From contig CM075992.1 in the NCBI GenBank assembly GCA_038087875.1, forward strand, positions 6,574,001 through 6,634,000: a DNA stretch of 60,000 bases, in the 5' to 3' direction. Shown here one piece after another: positions 48,350 through 60,000 of the stretch. The notes under the pieces are model-generated. The model ran no database searches. It saw nothing but the letters and a program-made list of their open reading frames with translations, and was not told where the DNA came from. The position numbers and the translations under genes were made by a program. This DNA comes from Malacoraja senta (lineage: Eukaryota). How positions within the stretch are numbered: position 1 is the stretch's first letter; every line of letters begins with the position of its first letter.

Positions 48350-48885
48350 CTGCTATCATATCTGTGGGCGTTCTGTCCTGCATCTTAGTGGAACCCGTCT
48401 GTTGCTGAAGGTGCTCCTCAGGTTGACCAGTGTGTCATGGAGGGGGTGAGCTGTATTGTCCAAGATGCTACGCAGTTTAAGGAGCATCCTCCCCTCCGAT
48501 GAATCCAAATTCCCCCACCCATGGAAGGAGCCAGCCTTCCCGATCAGTTTATTGATCCTATTGGTGTCCGCAGCCTTTGTCCTGCTGCCCCAGCACACAG
48601 CAGAGAAGAAGATGGCACTGGCTACCACCGACTGCAGACGTTGAAGGAGCGGAGCCTTACAAAAAGTGCAGGCATCTCTGTCCGTTCTTTGTACAGGGCC
48701 TCAGCATTCCTTGACCAGTCTAGTTTACTGTCCAGGTACACTCCAAGGTATTTGTACTCCCTGGTAAACTGCACATCCATACCATTGATGGAGACAGGGG
48801 TGTTCCTCTCCTCCTAAAGTCCACCACTAACTCCTTAGTCTTGTTGGTGTTGAGCTGCAGGCCCACACCACTCAACAAAGTGCAA
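48350..48885 (-). mobile_element. Decayed LINE 3' fragment (Rex1/L2-like)
   Basis: YKYLGV.LDSKL.W, VASAIFFSAVCWG, SILDNTAHPLH motifs; related copy at ~53160-53530. Confidence 0.75.
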
Positions 48886-50229
48886 CAGTAGGTCAGAGCT
48901 TGGGATTACTGCAATGAATAACACACCTCCTAATTCCCTAAATTCTGTCCAAGGTCTACAAATCGTGTCAGGAGTGTAATGGAATACTTTCCACTTACTT
49001 GAATGAATGCAGATTTAAAAACACTCAAGAGGCTTGACACTATATGAGACATATCAGCCTGCTTGATAGCCACCCCTTCCATTACTATTTACTCATGACG
49101 CCCTCCCCCCACACACACACACACACGCACAAACTAACAGCAATATTAATAATTTACAGGATACACTGCAACAATCACCAACACTCCTTAAACAGCACCT
49201 TCCAAATCCGCGACCTATACTAGCTGGAAGGACAAGATCAACAAATGGCAGAAAGGGGATTGTCCCAACCCCCCATGCCCCACCTGACCTCACACATATT
49301 TCTCCCCACCTCTCCCTCCACGTACATTCCTTCCTCTTTGGCTTCACAAATTCACAATACTTCAATCCTCTTGTCTTGCATCTTCAATTTTTACATCTCT
49401 GGCATTTGCCCCCCCCCCCCCCCGAATGTGTTCACCTATTAACTGCTACATTTTGTCCTGCCTTTCCTCCTCTTCCAGATTTCTTAGCCCCCCCCCCCCC
49501 CACACAATCGGTCCTGACCAGAAAGATCACCTATACATGTACCCCAGTGATGCTGGCCTGACCCCTGTTACTCGACGCTTTGTGTCTTTTTTTGTAAACC
49601 AGCATCAGCAGTTCCTTGTTTCTACCGATGAAACAGTAGATCTGGTGCAACATGTAGCTCTTAGTGGGTCAGAAGCTTTAAGGGGGTTAAGCTGGAAAGA
49701 AACATGAGATGGTCTGGTTGGACAAGATATTTGGTTCCCATTATCATACTGACTGCTCAGATCATGTTCAAAGTAACAAAATCTAAGACGGATGGATCAT
49801 TGTGTATATTTTTAAACACTGAAGGCCGGAATAGAACTATTAAAAGAGAAATTGTTCTCTGGTAGTGACTGAAGATATAGGTACATGCCAATATGGTGCT
49901 GACGTTTTTTTACAATTCTGGATGATCGAAATGGGTTACGGCATGTTTCTTTAGATCAGTCGTCATATTTAATTATCCTCCGTATGCTCTTTGGAGATAC
50001 TGCTTGAATTGTGAGCCTTTTGACAAAGCTTTCTCCAGTTTTCCAAAGTTGATGGAAGGACTTCTGGAAATACAATATAAATTATTGTTGAACATTTCAT
50101 CACAGTTGCACTAATATACATTTCTTTAGGGTTAGTAGCGTAGTGCGGAGTGAAAACCAGAGGAAAGTTGTATTTATTGGTTATATTGTTATGGGCCCAG
50201 AACCTTGTGCAGATCCAGTCAAGGCTAGA

Positions 50230-50890
50230 GTCTTTGAATCATTGAGCTGTAGAGCATGGAAATAGGACCTTTGGCCTACCTTGTCAATGCAGAAGTTGCA
50301 TAACCAAGCTAGTCTCACTGGCATGGTCCATATCTCTCCTAACCTCTCCTGCCCATGTACCTGTCTAAGTGTCTTATCAGTGGTATAACGTTCTACCACT
50401 TCCTCCAGCAGCTCGTTCTGTGTGCACACCACCCTCTGTATGAAAAAGTTGTCCCTCGGGTGCCTTTTTAAATCATTCCTCTCTCCCCTCTGACCTTATA
50501 CCTATGCCCTCCAGTTTGAAAAAACTGTGGCTGTTCACCTTTTCTATGCCCCTCATGATTTTATATACCCCTACAAAATCACCCTTAGTCTCTTGTACTT
50601 CAGGGAGAAAAGACCCAGCCTATCCATCTCTCCTTATAACTCAAAGCCTTACCTGGTAACATCCTCTCTATTGCACCCTTTCTTGCTTCATGACATCCTT
50701 CCAACCAGAAGTGCACATTAGTACTCCAAATGTGGCCTTAGGAATGTCTTGTACATCTGGAACATGACGTCCCAGTTCTTGCATTCAATACCCTGACCAA
50801 TGAAGGCAAGCGTGCCAAATGACATCTTCACCACCTTGTCCACATGTGTTGCCACCTTCATGAAACCATGTACCTGCAACCTAAGTCTCC
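50230..50890 (-). mobile_element. Old CR1 3' fragment
   Basis: GTLAFIGQGIECKNWDVMFQMYKTFLRPHLEY on minus strand. Confidence 0.8.
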
Positions 50891-53800
50891 CTGTTCTACA
50901 ACACAATAGTACAATAGGTGGGTCTATAGTGCAGTCCCATCAAAGTGGTCACCCCCTTATTAATGAATTCTGCCCGTGTACCCTCACTGTGTGATTAACC
51001 AGGATTTTATTTTCTAAGTATTGCCGTGATGTTGTCCTTGAACAAAAAAGCAACACCCCCGCTTCTTGTACCTGTGCCTAAATACGTTTACAAAAAAATT
51101 AATTATTCCATAAAATTTGATAATGTGATATTCATAATAAAAAAAATAAGGCAAATCTCTGAGTCATACTGAGAGATTGGGTTTCCAAGGTCCGTATTGG
51201 ATACATAAGGGGAGCTTCGTGAATAGGCAGTGAAGTTGCAAAAGCACAGCAACAACTCGTGAAGTTATGGAGTCTTTGTCACTACAGAAATCAATGTGCA
51301 GTCATGATGATTTTTGTATCATGATTATGTCTTCACGTAAGTAAAGCCTTTTTGAAAAACATTTCCTCACAGATTTCTGTTATATGACATGCATGTTTGT
51401 ATTGCTATCATTTGTGGAGATTTTTAACTTTTCTTCCAAACAATAATTCCTATATAATTTTACCAGAACACTGCCAGGATAGGGGGTATTAGCTACAAGG
51501 AAAGGTTGGACAGACTTGGATTATTTTCTCTAGAACTGAGGGGAGACATGATAGAAATTTATAAAGTTATTATGAGAGGCATACATAGAGTAGACACAGA
51601 ACCGTTTTCCCACGGTGGTAGTGTCAAAGACTGGAGTGCTTGTGTTTAAGGTGATATGTGGGGCAGGTTTTTAAACAAGAGGGTGATGAGTCCCTAGACT
51701 TGCTGCCAGGAGTGTGGTGCAGGTACAATAATTGTGTTTAAAAGGCTTTTTCACAGATACATGTATTTGCAGAGATTTGAGGGATATTGATCATTTGTAG
51801 GCAGATGATATTAATTCATCTTGGCATTGTAATTGGCACATACACTGTGGGTCGAAGGACAAGTTATTGTTCTATATTATTTTATATTTAATAATTTATC
51901 TTTTTGCTGCTTTCTGCTTAAAAAAAATTTCGCGTGAGTATCATTTTTTAAACTAAATCGAAACTGCTTTCAAAATTAGATCAATAGTATGATGACAGCG
52001 ATCTTGTTTTTCTAAATATATCCAGGAATAGATGAACAGACATTGGGCAGATAAAAATTAATACATGAAGCTGTAAGGGATGTATGTGGGTATTGGAAGG
52101 TGGTAAGGTGGGAATAACAATGAAGATGTTGTATTTGGGGGGAAAGCAGGAATGGGATTGATGATCAGCCATGATCATATTGAATGGCGGTGCTGGCTTG
52201 AAGGACCGAATGGCACCTATTTTTCCTGCACCTATTTTTCTATGTCTCTATTTGTAACTTAAATGAAAAGACTGAGTGTATTGTAGCCAAATTTGATGAC
52301 GATACAAAATAATTTGGAAAGCAAGCCGTGAGGAGAACTCAAAAGGTCTCAAAAGGATGTTAAAAGGTTAAGGGAACAATCAAAAAATTGACAGATAAAG
52401 AAAATTGTGTAGAAATGTGTGGTTATCTGTTTTGATTGGAAGAATAGAAAAACAAAAAGGTGTTTAAATGTAGTTTAAAAGGTTCAACTATCCTTCGTTA
52501 TTGGGAATTTGTGGCCTAGAGTGAGAGACAGTTTGGAATACAACATGTAAATGCGGCAGCATATGCAATAATGGGAAATCTGAAATGGAAACTGTAAATC
52601 ATAAAGTTTCTGCAGAGGAGAACAGGCATTAGCTTTGCATCTGACATTCCAGGATCTAATGAAAAATCATCAACCTTAGCACTCTTGCTACTCAATCTGT
52701 TGAGTATTTGCAACATTTTCATATACAAACATTTGTACTGAATTAGGACCAAAAAGTGTCCGACTGCGCCTTCTCTGCCATTTTAAAAGATTTTAGCTGA
52801 TCTAATTTAATTCAAACTCTGCAATCCCATCTACTCGCCATAATTCAGACTATTGACTGGCTTGATAGAGGTACATAAAATTATGAAAGGCATAAATAAG
52901 GTAGACAGTCTGAACTTTTTTATCATGGTGGAAATATCAAAGACTGGAGGGCATAGCTTAAGGTGAGAGGGGCAAATTTAAAGGAGAGGTGCATTGCAAG
53001 TATTTTACACTGAGGGTGGTGGGTGCTTGAAATGTACTGTCAGGGGTGGTAGTGGAGGCCTACAATAGTGGCATTTAAGAGGCCAGGTGTGATTAGTGCC
53101 CCTTGCCATTGTGTTCGGCGCAAACATTGCGTTTTTCTTATTGTTTTCTTACTGTTCTACAATACTATAGAACTTTATTTATCCCAAGAGGGAAATTGGT
53201 CTGCCAACAGTCTTAAAACACAATAAGATCAATGAAACATGAAATTAAGGTGAGGAGTGGAAAGTCCAGGATTGGGGATGTTCAAAGATTGGGGAGGTGA
53301 GGGGAGGGGGAAGGGGGAAGGGGGGAGTCAGTCTACCCCACGACAGAAGTGGGAGGAGTTGTACAGTTTGATAGCCACATGGAAAAAGGATCTCCTGTGG
53401 ATCGTGTGCTGCATCTTGGTGGAACCAGTCTGTTGCTGAAGGTGCTCCTCAGGTTGACCAGTGTGTCATGGAGGGGGTGAGCTGTATTGTCCAAGATGCT
53501 CTGCAGTTTGAGGAGCATCCATTCCGCCAAGACCAATGGAGAGAATGATCCCTGCAGAAAGAGGTGGGGAGAGGATGAAAACGTGGGTGGCCTGATCAGT
53601 AAATTTGCCGACGATATAAAAATCGGTGTATTAGTAGATAGTGGTGAAAGTTGTGAAAGGATGCAGCGGGATATACAACAGATGGAAAGTTGGGTGGAGT
53701 TGTGGCAGAATAAAATTAATCTAGATGAGTGTGAGGTAATACATTTTGGGACGTCACATACAGTAAATGACAGGCATGTCAAGAGTCCATAGTATTGTTG

Positions 53801-53904
53801 AAACAGAACAATGAAATTCTTACTTGCAGCAGCATAACAGATATGTAAACATGGTACTCGGTAAACACCACAATAAACAACATAAAAAGTTCATTATATC
53901 CAAG

Positions 53905-54780
53905 GCTTCTGGCTGGGGAACACTCAGATGGTTTTCATGGAAACATACTCTTCCATACATTTTCTTATGAAGTTGGTAACAACTATGGCAAATTCATTCA
54001 TGTCCATTGCCAAGTCCTTGAACATCACCCAGTCTACCGACAAGCAATCCCAGAGTCGACCCTCTGCCTCCCCAGACCAGCTCTGTGCAGTCTTCACTGC
54101 TGGGCGTGCGCTCTTCAATCGGAGAAAAAGCACAGCTGAGTTTTCGTATTTCCCAAAGTGAGGGCAAGGGATGGAGCGATATGCATCTCTGATGGTGGAA
54201 TAGTGGTGGCCGAGGTTGTTTGATCCTCTGCTGCTGCAGGGCATGTGCTGATGGTAGTTAGGGTGTGATTTCTTCAGGCTGGCTTTGTTGAAGTCCCTGG
54301 CTATGCGGGGAAAGGAGTTGGAGTATGCTGTCTGGCGTTTGTTGACCACGGCGTGCAGCTCCTCCAGTGCTAGATGAATGTCGACTGGTGGGATGTGGAC
54401 CACAGTCATGATAAAAGTGAATTCTCTCGGGAGATAGAAGGGACGGCACTTCACCTCCAGGTGTTCCAAGTGCGAAGAGCAGGAGTTGGACGTGTATGCT
54501 ATGTCTGAGCACCACAGAGTTCAACATGAGGCAGACACCACAGTTTTTCCCTTTTCCCAATGCCTCGTTCTGTCCACGCGATGGATGGAGAAACCTTTGG
54601 GCTGGATGGCTAAGTCTGGGGGTGAGCTATGTCTCTGTGAAACCTAGCACACAGCGTTCCCTCATGTCTCTTTGATAAAGCAGCCTTCCCCATATGTCCT
54701 CCACTTTATTTTCTAGTGACTGAACATTGATGAGTGGAATGGTGGGGTTGGGGGGGGGGGGGGGGGTCATAGTCCCCTGT
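53905..54780 (-). mobile_element. Decayed Rex1/Babar-type LINE, APE region
   Basis: NVQSLENK, FTET, KCRPFYLPREF, RDFN similarity to 44757..46694. Confidence 0.85.
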
Positions 54781-55736
54781 GTTTCATTCTTACTTGCAAG
54801 CCTGCCCACATTTCCAGACACATTGAAGGCCTCACAGGTGTCTCCTGGCATTGAAGCCTCCCGGTGTTGATGCAAAGTGGGTTGTTCAAAGATCTGGAAA
54901 TTTGGAATACTGCTGCTGCATAACTTGAAACCATTCATTACCGACTCCGATGCAGAGTCAAATATGAAATAACCAAATTAATTGCTGCTAAGCAGATGGC
55001 AAATGTGAATGTCCAAAAGTGGCACAAACAAAGCCATCACTTATTACTTTTAGCCAATGTGATTGCTGAATTTCTTGAAGCTTAATTACATTACAGTAGG
55101 AGTCAATCATTTAATTTGATTCATTTCATTTTCATTTTCAAAAGATAGCAGCGTTCTTTAAATGCCATAGAGTAATTATTTTGAAGAAGGGGCTCGACCC
55201 GAAACATCACCCATTCCGTTTCTACAGAGATGCTGCCTGTCCCGCTGAGTTACTCCAGCATTTTGTGACTAACTTCGATGAAAACCAGCATCTTTCCTTC
55301 CTTCCTATACAGAGTCATTCTTTTGCCAGTTGGGTTATTTTATCTTGTAGACCTCAATAAAAAATATCCTGCAGTTGCTGTCTCCATATTTATTCTTTCA
55401 TTAAATGCTATCCTGGTTTCATTAGGCAAAACTCAAAGGATGGCTAAGGTTCAGTCTTTGAAGTTAGTTGTGTTTATTGTCACATGTACCGAGGTACAGT
55501 GAAAAGCTTTTGTTGCCTGTTATCCAGTCAGCAGAAAAAAGGCTTTGGCATAGTGAAATGAATGTGTAATATGCAAGATAAAACTAAAAACAGAACAGAA
55601 AATGCTTCTGTAATATTATGTTCTTCAAATCATTGCCGTAGTTTCTCAGTGTTTTACGTTTTGTTTAAGAAGTCCAGTGTTAATTGTTCACAAGAGAAAA
55701 CAAAATTATTGATGTGTTGTTACTGTTTCTGTTTAG

Positions 55737-55846
55737 AAGCAAATATGCGGCCAACGGAGACAGGCTCAGATTCCAGCTCTTCCTCAGCTGGAGCGCAATC
55801 TGGAGTGCCAACGCAAGTGGTACAGCAAGTTCAGGCATCGCAACAG
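55737..55846 (+). CDS. RFX1: Regulatory factor X1, second coding exon (110 bp)
   Basis: Acceptor tgtttctgtttag, phase compatible with 34096 (G+AA = Glu); EANMRPTETGSDSSSSSAGAQSGVPTQVVQQVQASQQ vs human EGAMRASETVSEASPGSTASQTGVPTQVVQQVQGTQQ; donor CAG|GTGAGT. Confidence 0.93.
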
Positions 55847-56011
55847 GTGAGTGAATGGTAGAAGATAATGGACAGAATCAGTGGACAACCTAATTTTAAA
55901 TGCATTCTTTAATAGTTTGTGTAGCATTAATTCTTGTGAACAGTCAACAGATAATCAAAAAATGCTTTTTCCTTTTTTCTCCTTATTAAACCTCATCTTG
56001 CATCCTTGTTA

Positions 56012-56260
56012 AGGGCCTGTCCCACTTTCATGACTTCATTCTTTCAACCCGACCATTTTTTTTACTCGTGGACATTTTTTATCGGGCTGGAAAAAACGTC
56101 CCAACTTACCTGATGCCACGAGTACCTACGGCTAGCATAACGAGCCGCTACGATATATCTATGAACTCCTACGGACTCGTTACGAACATTCTGCAAGTTT
56201 GAATCGGGGGGAAAACTCGGGAGAATTCGTGAATTACCTCGTGAAAGTGGGACAGGCCCT
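56012..56260. mobile_element. MITE, shorter relative of 29262-29694 in opposite orientation
   Basis: TIRs agggcctgtcccactttca / tgaaagtgggacaggccct; TTAA-like flanks; interior matches the reverse complement of ~29262-29480. Confidence 0.88.
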
Positions 56261-57358
56261 TAAAGGATTTGCCACACATATTTATTGTTTTTGGCTGTGA
56301 AATGTTTGAGATCTTTGATTAAGCTGTCAGATGGTAGGAAGGTTTAAGGCTGGCATTAGTTCAACCCAAAGTGGGCCATATTACATTTGCACTTTATATG
56401 TTCATAATAAATAGTACAACATAATAAACTCTGATTATAAGCTGTCTTCCATTTGTCACATTTTTTATTAAATATTTTTGATGGATTCGCAACCTGTTGT
56501 ATTGTAAAACCTAAAATTCTGCCGATGTTGGAAATCTCAAATAAAACAAAGTGCTGGAAATATCCCATTGATCAGGTAACATCTGTGGGAAGAAAACAGA
56601 GTTATATACCCTTACGACTTTGATTTCTTTTAAGTAAATTATTTGATGTTTTATTTTTATGGTACTGCTATTCGTTATATGTAATGTGTTCCCAGCTGAG
56701 AAGGTAAGCGGAAAGACCATATTGTACTTGCTGCAAAAATCGGTTGGGGTTATACGAGAGGAAATCTTCTGTGTGGAGAATTAGTTTGTTTCAACTATTT
56801 CTTCTTCATGGCACAACCAATAATGGAAAGATCCACAAGATTCATATCACAAATACACCCCCATGCAACTGCTCATTACTTCAACAAATGGATAACTAAT
56901 TCAAATACTAGGTTAAAAAAAGCTCCCCAAATCATTTAGATACTTTACCAATTGTACTCTGGCATTAGTATAAAAATCAATATTACTAAAAGTCTGATCT
57001 TGACCACTTCCTGTTGTTTTGTATATTGATTTTAGAAAAAACGCTGCCACTTACGGCTGTAATTTTTGGCCAACTTACTCCTCGGCTGCGCAGGACAAGA
57101 GGATTTTTCCCATCGATGAAAAATAAAAGAGTTATTAGTGTTTTACAAATTTTGAGATTTTCTCTCTCCTATAGTCCCTTCCGGAGGGACTATAAAACCC
57201 GGAAGTGTTGAGTGCCTCAGTCAGTCTCTCCAAGATGGGGGAGCGAGAGGGTCACGTCTCTCAGTCTGAGCTGTGAATAACACTGAACACATGTCTACTA
57301 AACTGTGAGTGTGGTTTTACTGACCTGTCAGTGCCCTTAATGTGGTTTGAAAATATAG

Positions 57359-57725
57359 TTTGGAAATGCTAAAGCTGTGTTGCCTGTGGTTTGGAAATGC
57401 TAAAGCTGTGTAGCCTTTGGTTTGGAAATGCTAAAGCTGTGTGCCTTTAGTTTGGAAATGCTAAAGCTGTGTTGCCTTTGGTTTGGAAATGCTAAAGCTG
57501 TGTTGCCTTTGGTTTGGAAATGCTAAAGCTGTGTTGCCTTTGGTTTGGAAATGCTAAAGCTGTGTTGCCTTTGGTTTGGAAATGCTAAAGCTGGGTTTCC
57601 TTTGGTTTGGAAATGCTATAGCTGTGTTGCCTTTGGTTTGGAAATGCTAAAGCTGTGTTGCCTTTGGCTTGGAAATGCTAAAGCTGTGTTGACTTTGGTT
57701 TGGAAATGCTAAAGCTGTGTTGCCT
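57359..57725. repeat. Minisatellite, 12 x 31 bp
   Basis: Unit tggaaatgctaaagctgtgttgcctttggtt from 57361 to the copy at 57701. Confidence 0.97.
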
Positions 57726-57892
57726 AATTAAAGTTGCCGTGCCTAATTAAAGTTGCCGTGCCTAATTAAAGTTGCCGTGCCTAATTAAAGTTGCCGTGCC
57801 TAATTCAAGTTGCCGTGCCTAATTCAAGTTGCCTTGCCTAATTCAAGTTGCCTTGCCTAATTCAAGTTGCCTTGCCTAATTCAAGTTGCCTT
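57722..57892. repeat. Minisatellite, 9 x 19 bp
   Basis: Unit gcctaatt(a/c)aagttgcc(g/t)t. Confidence 0.97.
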
Positions 57893-60000
57893 GCCTTCTA
57901 TATAATTAAAAATCTAATTTTGACCACTTCCTGTTTGCGCTTTATATTGATTTTTAGAAGAAAACGCTACCACGTACAGCTGTAATTTTTGGCCATCTTA
58001 CTCAGAGTCCCCCTTCGCTCATCAGGTGCCGAGGACTTTTCCCATCGATGAAAAATAAAAGAGTTATTAGTGTTTTAAAAATGTTGATATTCTCTCCTGT
58101 CAATCATGCCATGAAGGCCACGCCCCTTCTGGTGAGAGGGGGAGGGACTATAAAACCCAGAAGTGTGGGTGTGGCTCAGTCTCTGCAAGATGGAGGAGGG
58201 AAAGGTCACGACTCGCTGTCTTTAGTGGCCTTGCACCCTGCTTGAAATGGTATGAAACTGCACTTGAATTTGGTGGCCTTGCACCTTGCATGGAATTTCA
58301 AGGAATAGCCGTGAGTCAACTGCCAGCCCACCAGCCGTGAGTGAGTGAGCTGCCAGCACAACAGGCTTGAGTGACTAAGCCGCCAGCTCAAGAATCCATT
58401 CAGCCCACAATGTCCATACTAGCCCTCCGAAAACCAGTCCCTTCAGCCCACAACACCCATACTAGCGCTCCAGAAAGCCCCCCCCCCCTCCCCACTGGCC
58501 ACCAATATTGGAATTGGTGGAGAGGTGGAATATTGCGTTGGTGGACCAGCCCATCCGTATGATGCTGGGACCCAACGGGTCCCACTTAGTCTAGTACCTC
58601 ATAAAAACCCATGCTTCTAGTTCACTTTCAGTTGACTTTCCAGATAATTGACTTTCCAGTTGACTTTCCAGAACCATTTACACCAAGGGTTCTGTAAATT
58701 CTGCCTACCCAGGGGGTAAATTTGTTGATTCTGGATTGGTACATATTTTTTCTCATTGACTGACTGTGTTTCGTTCTGGTATACCGGTATATGTTCATCA
58801 TTAGTTGTTCATAAATAAATGAAATACCATTGTTATGTGCTATTAAAGTTGCCAGGGGTAAACGGGACAAAAAAGGTTGGGACCCCCTGATTTACACCAT
58901 TAAAATAAATCAAACCAACAACACCACTCAACACTTCCAACCATACAATGTTATTCCTGCAGGTAAATTGTTGATCAAGGTTTTTCAAATCTGCTTTCCC
59001 TTTCAATCCTTTTACCTGTTTTCTTAATTTAATGTTTTTTTCTTGTATCTGATGAATTTACCCTTTATCTTTAACAATCATTGAATCTTCAGTTTTGGAG
59101 AAAGAGGTTTGACCTTCTATTCATTCCATGTTTCAGGAAATTCTGAGCCCTTTTTTTTCAGAACTTTTGGTACTATTCCATGTTAATTCTGATATAAATA
59201 GAATAGGATTTTGCATCTCATTGAATGTTGACTTTCCCATGGATTTATAAGTTGGTGACCTTAGAGCGCAATATACAAGTCGGATATTTTCACTATAAAC
59301 CTATGATTCTACTTACAACATTTTGCTGATGCCCCCTTGATTCATTCCTAATATATTTCCACATTCCTATATATTGAATTTAGAGGGGGAAAAAGCTACT
59401 TCATTTCCATTAACCATTTAAGTGGAAAGATGGTAATTTAAGAAAAATGAGTGGGAAGAACTAGATATTTCTGAGGTTTCATTGAAATATGAGGTCTCTT
59501 AATACATCAGCAGGTGGCCCAAATATGATAAGTAGCTAGTATCTGGAATGGACTGCTTAAAACTAGATTCCAACTCCTAAAAACAATGTGAATTACTGCT
59601 ATAGTAAGTAGGAAAAGTCGCTGTGGAGGTAATTACAATTTTTACCTGACCTAAAAGCAAATGGACCACAAATTATTGCATTGGAAGCTTTGGTGGAGGA
59701 GATGGAGAAGTGTCCCCTTTCTACAGAGATCCAGTAGGTCCTTCAGATTGTCACTGGGAGGAAACTAGGGAAGGAGTAAGGTCAAGCCCAGAGGTCCTGG
59801 AGGAAGTGTCTACCCCCCCATTAATTCTGATATAATTAGTCCTACACATTTACTAACTGCTGATAGTGTAAGCATGCATCTTTCATTTTCTCCGCCCCTT
59901 CCTTTATAGCCGCCACACCTCCCTCTCCTCCCAGAACCAACCAATCCCAGTCTTTATTACAATCCCACTCTCCTCTATGAGGAGGGTAAAAAGTACAAGA

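Larger units (their letters stand above)
56977..58594 (+). mobile_element. Composite non-autonomous Helitron-like element
   Basis: A|TC start at 56977, second 5'-end copy TCTATATAATT at 57897, 3' hairpin TGGGACCC-AAC-GGGTCCCA (58566-84) then CTAG|T (58591-95); no TSD. Confidence 0.75.

Noticed and set aside
57359..57892. CRISPR-like array of ~31-bp repeats
   Set aside because: Units are head-to-tail with no unique spacers, there are no cas genes, and the context is vertebrate; it is a minisatellite

Overview
Eukaryotic, repeat-rich vertebrate DNA. The repeat mix (HE1/V-SINE-like SINEs, CR1, Rex1/Babar, Penelope, DIRS) points to a cartilaginous fish, probably a skate or ray (inference). The only host gene I can support is the 5' part of RFX1 on the + strand: a CpG-island promoter with a probable non-coding first exon (~22.6-22.94 kb), the first coding exon (33759-34096) and the next exon (55737-55846); the gene continues beyond the window. 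Almost all long ORFs are transposon-derived: a complete but decayed DIRS retrotransposon (3716-8483), a near full-length CR1 (~14940-19095), an intact-looking Rex1/Babar LINE split by an L1 insertion, Penelope fragments, hAT and Harbinger/Kolobok-type MITEs, a probable solo LTR and a composite Helitron. The most unusual observations are: (1) a TDP2-like first exon with intact splice donor, apparently inside a DNA transposon in an RFX1 intron; (2) an L1 insertion flanked by a ~565-bp near-perfect direct duplication; (3) a full-length U6 copy fused to a Rex1-type LINE 3' end; (4) many minimal hammerhead-ribozyme motifs in Penelope-derived repeats, some as inverted pairs; (5) X-box-like sites in the RFX1 promoter and across its start codon. 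All family assignments come from motif recognition, not database searches, and boundaries of old repeats are approximate.
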